Assembly: GCA_965246885.1 (NCBI GenBank)
Contig: OZ251992.1
Location: 32,001-96,000, forward strand
Direction of reading: 5' to 3'
From: Abditibacterium sp.
GTDB taxonomy: Bacteria > Armatimonadota > Abditibacteriia > Abditibacteriales > Abditibacteriaceae
Length of the DNA: 64,000 nt
Shown: positions 1 to 9,440 of the stretch, one piece after another
Numbering within the stretch: position 1 is the first letter of the stretch
Layout of the letters: each line of letters begins with the position of its first letter
Made by a program: the position numbers and the translations under genes
The notes under the pieces: generated by a model
The model's database searches: none
Seen by the model: only the letters and a program-made list of their open reading frames with translations
What the model was told of the DNA's origin: nothing

Positions 1-42
1 TCACCGGCGCGCATACCTCTTCGGTTGGCGCGGGTCTCTGTC

Positions 43-2229
43 TCATGGCGCCAGTTTCATGCGGCCCCAATGGGTGCGGTCAGTGGAGTTTTTGTCGCTG
101 CCGTTCCACATCAGTTGCCGCTCGCGTCGGTTCGCGGCGCCGTCGTCTACAGCCAAATCGAAGCGTAGCTCCCGCCCCGCGCGCGGGGCGGGAGCTACGC
201 CCAGAGCCGCCCAAGGGATGGCGGCTTCAAGGGTATACCCTTTGCCGTCCACACCCGGCACGACGACAGTTTTGCACTGGGTGGGCGCGAGCGCATGGGC
301 GATAAAGGCTTGGCCGGAGTGTCCCGCGCCCAAAAGCACTTGGCGGTCGGAAAACAGCAGTGGGCCGCCGCCGTCTAAGCCCTCGCTGCCAATGAACAGT
401 TCCAAGCCGTCCCCGTTCCACAGGTTCGCGCCTTCTTGCGCGTTGTTCATGGGCGTGGGGTCTTTGACGATGGCGAGCAAGTAGAAGTTGTCGTCGTCCC
501 AGCAGGTCTTGAAAGCGGCCCCCAAGTTCTCGCCGCCAGTTCCCTGCACCATCCGGGCAGGCGAGATGGTCTGCGCGGGCAACCCCCCAAAGCCCGCGCC
601 AGTGCCGTCGAAGGCGACGGGGCCAATTGCATGGGGGCAGACAAGTGTTTTGGCGGCGTCGCTTCCAAGTTGGAAGCGTGGGTTATTCCACACAAACGGC
701 GCGCGTTCTCCCAGAGAGACGCGGTAGATGTCGCTATTGGTGCGGGTCATTTCGGAGAGGGCGTCGCTCCAAGGGCGGTCAGCGACGCTGAGCAGTCCGG
801 TGTTGTTGCCTTCGCCGTGCAAGCCCTCGAACCAGCGCCCGGTCGCGCTTTGGTCAACGAGGGTGAACCACTCCGTTCCCACCACGAACCCCAGCGAAGC
901 GGCACCCTCGACGTAGTTCCGGTAGGCCAAGCCGCGCTCGCGCTGGGTGTTGACGGCCTGCACGCCGCCCAAACCCGACTGCGCGGGCGCGCTCCAATAG
1001 AACTCCGACAGCATCAGGGGCCGCTCGCCGCTCCACCGGTAGATGCGCTTCAACAGGTCGCTATCCAGAGCATCGGTGTAGTAGTTGAACGAGACGACAT
1101 CGCAGTAGCGCCCCATCAAGCGGCACAGCGTTTCGTTGTTGATGGTGCCCGCTTGCAAGCGGTTGCCAAGCAGCAGATGGTGCCGGTCGTAGCGGTGGAA
1201 GGTGTCGGCGAGCAGGCGGAAGTAGGAATTGAGAAAGAGCGCGGTGTAATCGCCCATATCCGCCGCCGCGCGGGGCGTGCGCACGGGTAAGGGCGCGTCG
1301 TCCAGCGCCTCGAACGAGGCGTAGTTTACTCCCCACGCCGCGTTGAAAGCGGCGATGGTCTGGTATTTGGCATGGAGCGTCACCACCAGTTCGCGCTTGC
1401 AAGCGTGGCTCCGGTCGAGAGTGGGCACGACGCGGGGCACATCCTCCAGCAGGGGTTCGTTGGACAAATAATAGCCGATGAGAAGTGGGTCGTCTTGCGC
1501 GGGCGCGACGTATTTAGCGAAAGCGGCGGCAAGTGTGGGCGCGTTGGACGGCTCGAAAGGGTCGAAGACGCCGTTCACGCCGGGGAGAATCGGCAGGTTA
1601 ACCGGCAGATGCCCGACGAAAGGGAAGTTGGCGGCGTGCTCGCTTTGCGTGGGAGGCGAGAAGGCGCCCGCCGAGTTGAAGCCCCACCCTTTGAGCCGCC
1701 CAATCATGCGCGCGGTGTAGCTTTCGAGGTCGTAGGGCCTGCCGGTCTTGCGGATGAGGTTGGCGAGGTGGAAGGAGAACGCGCGCGGGTCGTCGGCGCG
1801 ATACGCGGAAGCGTAAGCGCCCGCGCGTGGGGGGAGCCACTCGTAAGCGCTCTCGCGCCCCGCGACGAGGGTATATTCGTCGCCCGGCGCGAGCACGCAC
1901 ACGCCCAAATGAAAGAAGGCGTCGCCCATCGGATCAACGAGCAACCAGCGCCCGCCGTGCCGCTCGACGTGGAAAAAACCCGTTGCACGCAGTCTTAACG
2001 CTTTGCCGCTTCCGCTTAGGCCGCCGAAACGGTTGGCTTTGAAGGCGGGCGCAGGTTTGGCGCGCGCTTTGAGGCGCTCGTCGGCGCGCAGTTGCGCTTC
2101 GTCGCTCACCTTGCCGGGGTAAGCGGCGCCAACGGGCTGGCCGAAGCGGTCGAGGAGCGGCGCGGCGCGGGCCAAGGGGGGAGCAAGCAACGGCGCCAGA
2201 AGCAAAGCGGCAAGAAACAAGCGGTTCAT
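43..2229 (-). CDS. Secreted GH50/beta-agarase-like glycoside hydrolase with C-terminal CBM9-like sugar-binding domain
   Basis: Signal peptide MNRLFLAALLLAPLLAPPLARA (start moved to ATG 2229). Motifs WLLVDPMG..FFHLGV, GYYLSNEP, DVVSFNYY, PLMLSEF. C-terminus has WDDDNFYL..GDGLELF..YTLEAAIPW. Confidence 0.7.
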   Translation of the reverse strand: MNRLFLAALLLAPLLAPPLARAAPLLDRFGQPVGAAYPGKVSDEAQLRADERLKARAKPAPAFKANRFGGLSGSGKALRLRATGFFHVERHGGRWLLVDPMGDAFFHLGVCVLAPGDEYTLVAGRESAYEWLPPRAGAYASAYRADDPRAFSFHLANLIRKTGRPYDLESYTARMIGRLKGWGFNSAGAFSPPTQSEHAANFPFVGHLPVNLPILPGVNGVFDPFEPSNAPTLAAAFAKYVAPAQDDPLLIGYYLSNEPLLEDVPRVVPTLDRSHACKRELVVTLHAKYQTIAAFNAAWGVNYASFEALDDAPLPVRTPRAAADMGDYTALFLNSYFRLLADTFHRYDRHHLLLGNRLQAGTINNETLCRLMGRYCDVVSFNYYTDALDSDLLKRIYRWSGERPLMLSEFYWSAPAQSGLGGVQAVNTQRERGLAYRNYVEGAASLGFVVGTEWFTLVDQSATGRWFEGLHGEGNNTGLLSVADRPWSDALSEMTRTNSDIYRVSLGERAPFVWNNPRFQLGSDAAKTLVCPHAIGPVAFDGTGAGFGGLPAQTISPARMVQGTGGENLGAAFKTCWDDDNFYLLAIVKDPTPMNNAQEGANLWNGDGLELFIGSEGLDGGGPLLFSDRQVLLGAGHSGQAFIAHALAPTQCKTVVVPGVDGKGYTLEAAIPWAALGVAPAPRAGRELRFDLAVDDGAANRRERQLMWNGSDKNSTDRTHWGRMKLAP

Positions 2230-2261
2230 TGGGAAGAGAAAAGGGCGCCCCCGCCGCACCC

Positions 2262-4670
2262 TTAAGGGACGCGCGGAGCAGTGGAGGGATGCACCACAAG
2301 CGGGTCGTTGCCGGTGATGGGCGCGAGGGGAAAACCGGGAAGCGCGGAGATGGCATCGCCCCGGTCGTCATAGACGGCGTTGTCGGTTCCGGCCTGAGCT
2401 TTAGTGGTGTCGCGTCCGCCGCGCGCGCCCGGTGCGCCCGCCAGATAGGTCACGACGACCGATTTGGACGCGGGCGCTGTCGCCGTGAGTCGGATGTGTG
2501 TCGCGTCCACGATGCGAACACTCGCCGGATTGCCGAGCGCGCCGCCGTCTATCCCGATTTGAAACCCGGAGGGCGTGCCACCCGCCGCGCTCACCAGTTT
2601 GGTGCCGCCGTTGGGCACGACGACCAAATCCACGACGGTCGCGCCGTTCTCGATGTGCCAAGAGGAGCGCGCCCTGTCCACTTCCGGGCCAAGGCCGGAA
2701 AAGGGCGCAGCGCCAATGGCATGGGCGAGGGTTTGCGCGGCGCGACTGGCGAGGATGCCAAGCCCGGAATCGTCGTCGGAAAGATGGGTGCCGTCTTGCG
2801 TTGTCTCATCGAGGGCAAAGCAAAGCACGCCGACGGGCTTGCCTTGCGCGGCGCGCGAGCGCGCCCATTCAACATCGAAGGAGCGGATGCCGTCGGCGTT
2901 GCCGCCCACGCCCCAATCGCCGTTGAGGGGAAATATGAAGAACTTGTAGGGCCAAGGGCCGCCCGGCGCGCTTTGCACGGCGGCGTCGTATTGTGCGAGC
3001 AGTTGGTCGAGGGCCGCGTAGCGCGCTTCGCGGCTCATCCCGACATCGCCCTGACCGTTGCCCCACACCCCGAACTGCGGGCGGGCGCGCTGAATGAAGC
3101 GCTTCCAGCGCGCCCAACGGTCGGTGTCGCCCAAGAACTCGTGGATGGGCGAGCCGCCGACCGCGAAGTTGCCCACGCCAACCGGCCCTTGTGACAGCAA
3201 GGCGAGGCGCTCACTTAAGCGGTTTTCGCCCCAGTTGTCGCGCGACGTGTTGGGCGCGGCGGGCGTCCAGCGCGTTTGCCAGCCTTGCGGCTGCGAGTTG
3301 TCCTGATACCCGGCAGTGTTTTGGTTGAGGTCGGAATAAGCGCGCACATATCCGCCGACTTGCGGGGCGAACGAGCGCCCGCCGCCGCCGTCGTCGCGCA
3401 TCTTTTGCAGGATGGATTGCCCGCCAACGCCCACCACGACACCGAGGGAAAAGCGGCGGTGCAAGCGCTTGGCGGGCGACCATTCGCCCCCGCTTTTCCA
3501 TGACACTTCCGCGTCGTAGTCGGCGAAGCCGTTGGGGATGCCCGCCACGTCGCCCCGCCAACTTTGCCCGTTGCCAACGGCTTGGGCAACCGTCGCCCAA
3601 GCGGTGCCGCCCTTGGCGGCGTCGGGGAGCGGTTCGGGCGCGCCCCAAGGCACGACGCGCATCCGAATATCGGCGCCCGGCCCGACGCGCGTGCCCCAAA
3701 AGCGCGCCTTGGACGTGGCGGCGGGAAAGGGCGCGCGTGGCAAGACCTGCCCAAAGCCGTCCATGTCCACAAGGACATCGTCGCCGACCTTGGCGGGGAG
3801 AAGCGAAGGCGACGCGGCGAATTTGCCGCTTATGGTGCCCGCTTTGCCGCTCACCAGTTCGTCCAACTTGCCATCGGTAATGGTGCCGGGGTAATAACGG
3901 TCGTCGCGGGCGGCGCTCAAGGCGACGACATCGCGCGCGTCGGCCCCCGCGAAAAGGCGGCTCATCTGGGGGCGCGTCAGAGCGCCGCCGTTCCAGATAA
4001 CAACCCCTTGCACCGGTTGCTTCCAGAAGGTGAAGGGCCATTCCGGTTGCGATTTGAGGAGCGCGCCGCCGATGCGCGCGGTTTTTCCGGTGATGCCCTT
4101 GAAGCCGCCGTTGGTAATGCCGCAGTCCATCAAGCGCGCCCCCGCTTCGTCCACGCCCCACAGTTCGACGCGCCCGCTTCGACAGAGCAGGGCCAGCCCA
4201 TGCACGCGCCCGTCGTCCATGCCCGCTTGCCCGACCAAGGGCGTCGCGCCGCCCTCGCCAAACAGCAGGTCGCCCCCGGCAGGAACGCGCGCCGAAGCGC
4301 TCGTGCCCGCGTCATCCTTGGCCGTTGCCACGCAAGTGTTGGCGAAGTGCCCGTATTTCCAAGCGTTGGGGTATTGCGCGCACCACGTGAGAGAGAGGTG
4401 TCCGGCGTCAGTAAAAAGTGTGTTGGAGGGCGTTCCGATGGAAAGCACGGTGCCGGTTTGGTAGTTCCCCGGCGCGATGCGGGTCACGAGGAACACGCTC
4501 CAATCGCCATCGGAGCGCAGCGACACGGCGGGGAGTTCGACGCTGCCGTCCTTCTTTTCGGCGCTGTCAAAAGCAAAGGCGGAAGCGGGGGCGGCGCGCT
4601 CGGTGTGGAAGGGCGCGGCGGGGGCGGCACCCGCGCAAACGGCGGCGAGCAGGAGGGGAAGGAGTTTCAT
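2262..4670 (-). CDS. Secreted protein with LamG/ConA-like N-terminal region and SGNH/SASA-type carbohydrate esterase domain
   Basis: Signal peptide MKLLPLLLAAVCAGAAPA. SGNH-like blocks GGQS, AVGGSPI, WGNGQGD, DGTH. Confidence 0.55.
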   Translation of the reverse strand: MKLLPLLLAAVCAGAAPAAPFHTERAAPASAFAFDSAEKKDGSVELPAVSLRSDGDWSVFLVTRIAPGNYQTGTVLSIGTPSNTLFTDAGHLSLTWCAQYPNAWKYGHFANTCVATAKDDAGTSASARVPAGGDLLFGEGGATPLVGQAGMDDGRVHGLALLCRSGRVELWGVDEAGARLMDCGITNGGFKGITGKTARIGGALLKSQPEWPFTFWKQPVQGVVIWNGGALTRPQMSRLFAGADARDVVALSAARDDRYYPGTITDGKLDELVSGKAGTISGKFAASPSLLPAKVGDDVLVDMDGFGQVLPRAPFPAATSKARFWGTRVGPGADIRMRVVPWGAPEPLPDAAKGGTAWATVAQAVGNGQSWRGDVAGIPNGFADYDAEVSWKSGGEWSPAKRLHRRFSLGVVVGVGGQSILQKMRDDGGGGRSFAPQVGGYVRAYSDLNQNTAGYQDNSQPQGWQTRWTPAAPNTSRDNWGENRLSERLALLSQGPVGVGNFAVGGSPIHEFLGDTDRWARWKRFIQRARPQFGVWGNGQGDVGMSREARYAALDQLLAQYDAAVQSAPGGPWPYKFFIFPLNGDWGVGGNADGIRSFDVEWARSRAAQGKPVGVLCFALDETTQDGTHLSDDDSGLGILASRAAQTLAHAIGAAPFSGLGPEVDRARSSWHIENGATVVDLVVVPNGGTKLVSAAGGTPSGFQIGIDGGALGNPASVRIVDATHIRLTATAPASKSVVVTYLAGAPGARGGRDTTKAQAGTDNAVYDDRGDAISALPGFPLAPITGNDPLVVHPSTAPRVP

Positions 4671-4688
4671 GGGGTGGGCGCCCGCGCC

Positions 4689-6665
4689 TTACGGAGCCGG
4701 ATAGAGTTGGCTCATCGGCACGACCTGCGCGCTTTGATGGCCGGGGCGCATCCACGACAAAACGGCGTTGGCGCCTTGGGTGTCGTCGAAATACTCCATC
4801 TTGAGCGCGTATCTGCGCCCCGCTTCAAGGGCGATTGTCCCGCTGCCATTGGAAAAGGGGCCGCCGACCCAATGATCAATGAGGGGTTTCCCGTCCACCC
4901 ACAAGCGCACGCCGTCGTCGGTGTTGGTTTGGAAGGAATAGGTGCCGCCTTCGAGGGCTTGGACTTGCCCTGTCCAACGCACCGACCAGTGGTCTGGCCC
5001 CACGCCCGCCATCGGTTTGCCGTCGCTTCCGCTTGGGCTGCCCTCGCCCCACCAGTAGTTGACGTTGGCGTCGGTGCGCGTGGCCATCAACTTCTCAAAG
5101 TTCTGACCGGCATAATACTCCGCGTGGAGGCCCGTTCCGTCCCCCAACGCGGGGTAAAGCTGACTGGTAGGAACCGTCTCGAACCCCTTAGCGCCGGGAC
5201 GCTTCCATTCCAATGTGCCTTTGCCCGCACCGAGCAGTTCGGCTTTAAAGGGATAGCGCTGTCCAGCCACAAGAGGGATAGCCTGAGCGCCCACCGTCTT
5301 GCCGTTCACCATCACGCGCAATTTGCCGCTTGCGGGGGCGCGAAAACTGTACAATCCGCCTTCCAAGGCTTGCAATTCTCCGGCGAAGCGGGTTGCGGGA
5401 GCGGTTCGGGCGCCAAAATCAACCGTTGCGGCTTGTGCCGTCCCGATCGGTTTATGCCATCCTTTGTCGGAATAGTATGTGGCGGTCACTCCGGCACCCA
5501 ATCCGGGGATAGCGGCGCTTGGGTCGGCGAACAAGGCGCGAAAACGCGCCGCCGATTGCGGGAACTCGTTGGTCTCGTCCTCGCTCAGGCCGGGGGAGAG
5601 TTGATGGTGCCCATCGCCCGCTTGCACGTCGAAGTGGCAGGCGAAATACACGTTGTTCGTGGGGTCGTTGATAAAGGCGTGCATCTTGTCCACGAACGCC
5701 ACGTTATCCAAACCGCCGTGCCCGTCCTCGCGTTTAGAGATGCTCCATTCCGGCAGCGCGAAGAGCTTACCGTGCGCGCGGGCGAAGTCGCTCCACTCTT
5801 TGAGTCCCATCTGTCCGCCATACGTGAAGTCGTTCCAAGCGCGCTCGCGGCGCCCTGCGGCTTCTTCTTTGGTGGCGCCGTCGGGGATGGGGTAGGTGTC
5901 TTTGGCCCACGACTCATCGTAAACGTCTAACCCCACGATGTCCACCACGTCGTCGCCGGGGTAGGCTTGAGCGGAAGGGAACTGTTGCCAGCCCAAGGCG
6001 GGGTTCCAGCAGAACTGGAGCTTTTCGGCGCCCTTAACGGCGTGCATCGTCCCGACGATTTGGCGCCAATAGGCGGCCCACGCTTTGGGGTCGTCGCTGG
6101 CGCGGTGCGTGTACCAGCCGCCGTTGAACTCCCAGCCCAAACGCAAGACGCTGTCACCCAGCCCGTAGTCCACGAGGTTTTGCGCGAGGGCTTTGAAGTG
6201 CGCGTTGTAGTCCCCCTTGGCACCCGCTTGCAACGAGACGGGCTTGCCCGCATCCGCCCCACGCTTGGCGCCGCTCCTGTCCCAGCCACCGGGAAGAAGC
6301 GGGATGGACAAAATCAGGCGGCGGCGCGGGTCGGCGTGCTTCCAGTCGCGCCATTCGCCCAGTTGCCAGCCGCCGCCCTCGATGTTGTTTTCCCACGCAT
6401 CGTTTGGCTCGAAGTCTTCGGCCCACACGACGGGTCGGTTAATCCACCGGCTGTATGCCAAGTTCGCCTTGGCGCCGCCGCTCTGATTGGCCGCGCCCCA
6501 CCGATACGCCGCTATATAAGGCGCCTTAGCGAGGGGAAAATCGGCGAGAGCGGGGTGCGGCGCGGGCGCGGTGTCACCGGGCGCTCCGGCGGCGGGCGCG
6601 GCGAGGGTGCAGCCGGAGGACAACAGCAACGCAGCGCCCGAAAGAAGCAGGGGGAGAAGTTTCAT
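4689..6665 (-). CDS. GH26-family glycoside hydrolase with two PA14 domains, possible lipoprotein
   Basis: LRLGWEFNGGWY, YPGDDVVDIVGLDVYD, ALPEW. PA14 motifs WSVRWTGQV..TDDGVRLWVDG. LSSGC lipobox-like sequence. Confidence 0.85.
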   Translation of the reverse strand: MKLLPLLLSGAALLLSSGCTLAAPAAGAPGDTAPAPHPALADFPLAKAPYIAAYRWGAANQSGGAKANLAYSRWINRPVVWAEDFEPNDAWENNIEGGGWQLGEWRDWKHADPRRRLILSIPLLPGGWDRSGAKRGADAGKPVSLQAGAKGDYNAHFKALAQNLVDYGLGDSVLRLGWEFNGGWYTHRASDDPKAWAAYWRQIVGTMHAVKGAEKLQFCWNPALGWQQFPSAQAYPGDDVVDIVGLDVYDESWAKDTYPIPDGATKEEAAGRRERAWNDFTYGGQMGLKEWSDFARAHGKLFALPEWSISKREDGHGGLDNVAFVDKMHAFINDPTNNVYFACHFDVQAGDGHHQLSPGLSEDETNEFPQSAARFRALFADPSAAIPGLGAGVTATYYSDKGWHKPIGTAQAATVDFGARTAPATRFAGELQALEGGLYSFRAPASGKLRVMVNGKTVGAQAIPLVAGQRYPFKAELLGAGKGTLEWKRPGAKGFETVPTSQLYPALGDGTGLHAEYYAGQNFEKLMATRTDANVNYWWGEGSPSGSDGKPMAGVGPDHWSVRWTGQVQALEGGTYSFQTNTDDGVRLWVDGKPLIDHWVGGPFSNGSGTIALEAGRRYALKMEYFDDTQGANAVLSWMRPGHQSAQVVPMSQLYPAP

Positions 6666-6677
6666 GGCGATGGAGGG

Positions 6678-8516
6678 TTAGTTGACGACGACATCGTCGA
6701 GGTTGATCCACTGGTTGCCCGCCGCGTTGGAGTAGAACGAAAGTTCCAAAGTTCCGCTTGTGACGTTGACGGTGGTGGTTATTTTCTGCCACGTGCTCGC
6801 GGCGGGAATGTTGACGACGGCCACGTTGCTTCCGTCATAGTATTTGACGGCCATCTGGCAGGCCGCTTGTCCGCCACTGCTTTTAATCCACGCGCTGATG
6901 GTATGGGGGCCGTTGGGAACGGTGACTTGCTGATAGAGCGTGGTTTGGTAGGGGTTGGGCGACCAGTTGTCGCAGCCCCAACTGCCGGTGTGCGCTTCGC
7001 CCGCGCCGTTGGCCGCGAAAACAGCGTTGCCGTTATTGCCGACCCACAAGTTCCAGCCGCTCAGGTTGCCGGTCTCGAAGCCGGAGTTCTGGAGGTAGTT
7101 CGAGATGACGGTGGGAACGGCGCTGACCTCGGAAGAGAAGGCGCTCAGACCGTTGGAGTTGACCGCCTTGACTTTGTAGTAGTAGCGCGCGCCGGGAGAG
7201 AGGCCGGTATCCGCAAAGGAGGTGGCGGTCACGCCAGTAGCGATGGGCGTGGCCGCTTCGCCGCCTGCGCTTGTGCCGCGATAGACGTTGTAAGTGACGG
7301 CACCGGGCGCCATCGTCCACGACAGCGCGACTTGTCCACCGCCTGCGGTGGCTTTGAGTCCACCGGGAACATTGGGCACCGCCGCGCTGCCCGCGTCGGA
7401 AAACAAGCGCTTGTAAAGAGCCGCCGAGTTGGGGAAGGTCGTGGCGCCAAAGATACCCGACAGGCTGCTGTTGCCATCGGCGGGCGCTTCAAAGTAGCAG
7501 GCGACGGCGACGTTCTTGGCGGGGTCGTTCAGCCAGTTATACATCCGTTGGATATAGGAGGTGTTGTCGCCGCCACTGGGGTGGTTGCCGTCGTTCAGTT
7601 GCCACAAGCCCCATTCGCCCACGACGACCGGTTTTTTGTGGGCGCGCGCCAAGTCCGCGAGAACGTTGATGCGCGGCAGTTCGGAGTTAAACCATGCGGC
7701 ATCGCGCTGGGCCTGCGTGGGCTGCGTGGTGCCAACGGGGTAAAGGCCGCCGTAGGCAACATCGTAGGTGTCGAAGCCCACGTAGTCCACCCAAGCGTCG
7801 CCGGGGTAGTAGTTGGGCGAGTAGACCTGCACGTTGGAATCGGTCGGGTTCCAGCAGAACTTGAGGACGCCGCCACTATCGTTGGCGCGCATGGTGTTGA
7901 CGATGTTGCGCCACGCCGCGATGTAGTTGGTGGGCATGTTCGACATCGCGTTGAGGTTGCCAAAGGGGTTCCAACCGCCATCGAACTCGTAGCCCAAGCG
8001 GATGATGACCTTTTTAAAGCCGAGCGAGTTCACTTCCTTGGCGTAGTTGGCGAAATACGCCATCGTCGCGGGGTCGTTGTTGGCTTCGAGTTGCCACTCT
8101 TGGTTTTCCCACGCGAGCTTTTGATCCCACGTGTCGTTGCCGTTGGGGTCGGCGGGCATTTGGCCCATCCCTAAAATGACGGTGGGAAGGTTGGCGCCCT
8201 TGCGCGTCTGCATCGTAGACCAAGGGATGTTCCAGTTGACGTGCTGGGCGCAATCGTACCAATCGCCCGGCCCCCATCCCGGATCGGCTTCGGCGCCCAA
8301 ATTGGCGGTGCCCAACCAAGCGCGGTATTTGGCCCAGTTGCCCGTCCCCTGCCCGGCGGGGCCGGAAAGGTCGGCATCGTAGGCTTGGTTGTAAAGATAA
8401 ACCGACTGCTCGAAGCGGGTAGCGGCGGGTGCCTTGGCGGGCGCTCCGACAAGGGCAAGGGCGCCGAGGGCGCACGCTGTTACTGTAACTTTGGCGGAAA
8501 AGCGGATGGTGTTCAT
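6678..8516 (-). CDS. GH26-family glycoside hydrolase with fibronectin type III and CBM4/9-like domains
   Basis: IRLGYEFDGGW, YYPGDAWVDYVGFDTYD, VGEWG. FN3 motif YNVYRGT..YYYKVKAVN; NSGFETG CBM start. Start placed at MNTIRF (ATG 8516). Confidence 0.85.
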   Translation of the reverse strand: MNTIRFSAKVTVTACALGALALVGAPAKAPAATRFEQSVYLYNQAYDADLSGPAGQGTGNWAKYRAWLGTANLGAEADPGWGPGDWYDCAQHVNWNIPWSTMQTRKGANLPTVILGMGQMPADPNGNDTWDQKLAWENQEWQLEANNDPATMAYFANYAKEVNSLGFKKVIIRLGYEFDGGWNPFGNLNAMSNMPTNYIAAWRNIVNTMRANDSGGVLKFCWNPTDSNVQVYSPNYYPGDAWVDYVGFDTYDVAYGGLYPVGTTQPTQAQRDAAWFNSELPRINVLADLARAHKKPVVVGEWGLWQLNDGNHPSGGDNTSYIQRMYNWLNDPAKNVAVACYFEAPADGNSSLSGIFGATTFPNSAALYKRLFSDAGSAAVPNVPGGLKATAGGGQVALSWTMAPGAVTYNVYRGTSAGGEAATPIATGVTATSFADTGLSPGARYYYKVKAVNSNGLSAFSSEVSAVPTVISNYLQNSGFETGNLSGWNLWVGNNGNAVFAANGAGEAHTGSWGCDNWSPNPYQTTLYQQVTVPNGPHTISAWIKSSGGQAACQMAVKYYDGSNVAVVNIPAASTWQKITTTVNVTSGTLELSFYSNAAGNQWINLDDVVVN

Positions 8517-8555
8517 GGGTGTGTGGCGGTCATTCATATCTCCCCAGATAAAAGC

Positions 8556-8581
8556 GCGCCGGGGATTGTAATCCCCGGCGC
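8556..8581 (-). terminator. Stem-loop between pilin-like genes and downstream GH26 gene (weak terminator or mRNA stabiliser)
   Basis: gcgccggggat-tgta-atccccggcgc (11-bp stem), followed by GCTTTT on the minus strand. Confidence 0.6.
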
Positions 8582-8603
8582 CAGACAAGTTCGCACGCGC
8601 GGC

Positions 8604-9404
8604 TCAGTCGGCGTCCACGCTCCACGCGGTGTAGGCGCCATTAGGCGCTTCGTGGACGAGGCGGTCGTCGTTGAGGGCTTTGACGTGGCCATCGGTGAAG
8701 AGAACGTTGGTCGTGTTCAAATGGCGCTCGGAGGCTCCACTGCCCCACTGGCGCAAGCAGTAGCGGTGCCCGTCGTCGCCGATTTGGAAGTCGGGGCCAT
8801 AAGCGGTGTCGAAAATCACGGCGTAACCTTGGTCTGTTGAGACGTTGGGAACGCAGTAACCATCCACGACCCAGATCGTGCCGGAGGGGTCTTGCATCTG
8901 GGACAGGGTCGAGTAGTTCGCAGGCCCGCCGCCGCCCGCGCCGTAGTAAGCGTTGATGGCGTAGGAGCCGTATGAGGTGTTGGGGACGCCCGACGTGTAG
9001 TCGTACTCCTTATAGGGGATGTAGGCCTTGTTGCCGCTCTTGGTCGAATCGAACGGCAGCAACGTGTCGCTGGGGCACACGAACAGTTGCTTGCTCTTGA
9101 GGTAAGGGGAAACGGCGTCCATCCACTTGTAGTTGTCGGCGTCCGAGGCGCCATCCCCGCCGGGGCCGTAGCGCTTCTGCACTAACTGCTCGTCGTAGTC
9201 CTGCGAGTATTGCAGCAGACCCAAACCGATCTGCTTGAGGTTGGATTGGCAACTGGCGCGGCGGGCGTTCTCGCGGGCGCGTGCAAAGGCCGGGAACAAG
9301 ATAGCGGCAAGAAGGGCGATGATGGCGATAACTACCAAAAGTTCCACCAAAGTAAATCCTTTCCGGGTGCCCGAAGTAGCGGTTTTGAAGGTGCAAGTGT
9401 TCAT
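8604..9404 (-). CDS. DUF1559 prepilin-type N-terminal cleavage/methylation protein with H-X9-DG motif
   Basis: [38 protein letters not shown]. Start at MNTCTF (alternative 9422). Confidence 0.92.
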   Translation of the reverse strand: MNTCTFKTATSGTRKGFTLVELLVVIAIIALLAAILFPAFARARENARRASCQSNLKQIGLGLLQYSQDYDEQLVQKRYGPGGDGASDADNYKWMDAVSPYLKSKQLFVCPSDTLLPFDSTKSGNKAYIPYKEYDYTSGVPNTSYGSYAINAYYGAGGGGPANYSTLSQMQDPSGTIWVVDGYCVPNVSTDQGYAVIFDTAYGPDFQIGDDGHRYCLRQWGSGASERHLNTTNVLFTDGHVKALNDDRLVHEAPNGAYTAWSVDAD

Positions 9405-9440
9405 GGTTGTGGGTTGCCTCATAGAGACGAAAACGGTGGG

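Noticed and set aside
1..14. Possible start of a further minus-strand gene (GAGG-T-ATG at 14)
   Set aside because: Only four codons are visible; cannot be supported.
3564..8174. Long plus-strand ORFs 3564-5930 and 5967-8174 (also 24576-26528, 57668-59311 and similar)
   Set aside because: Antisense shadows of well-supported genes in GC-rich DNA, with no recognisable motifs.
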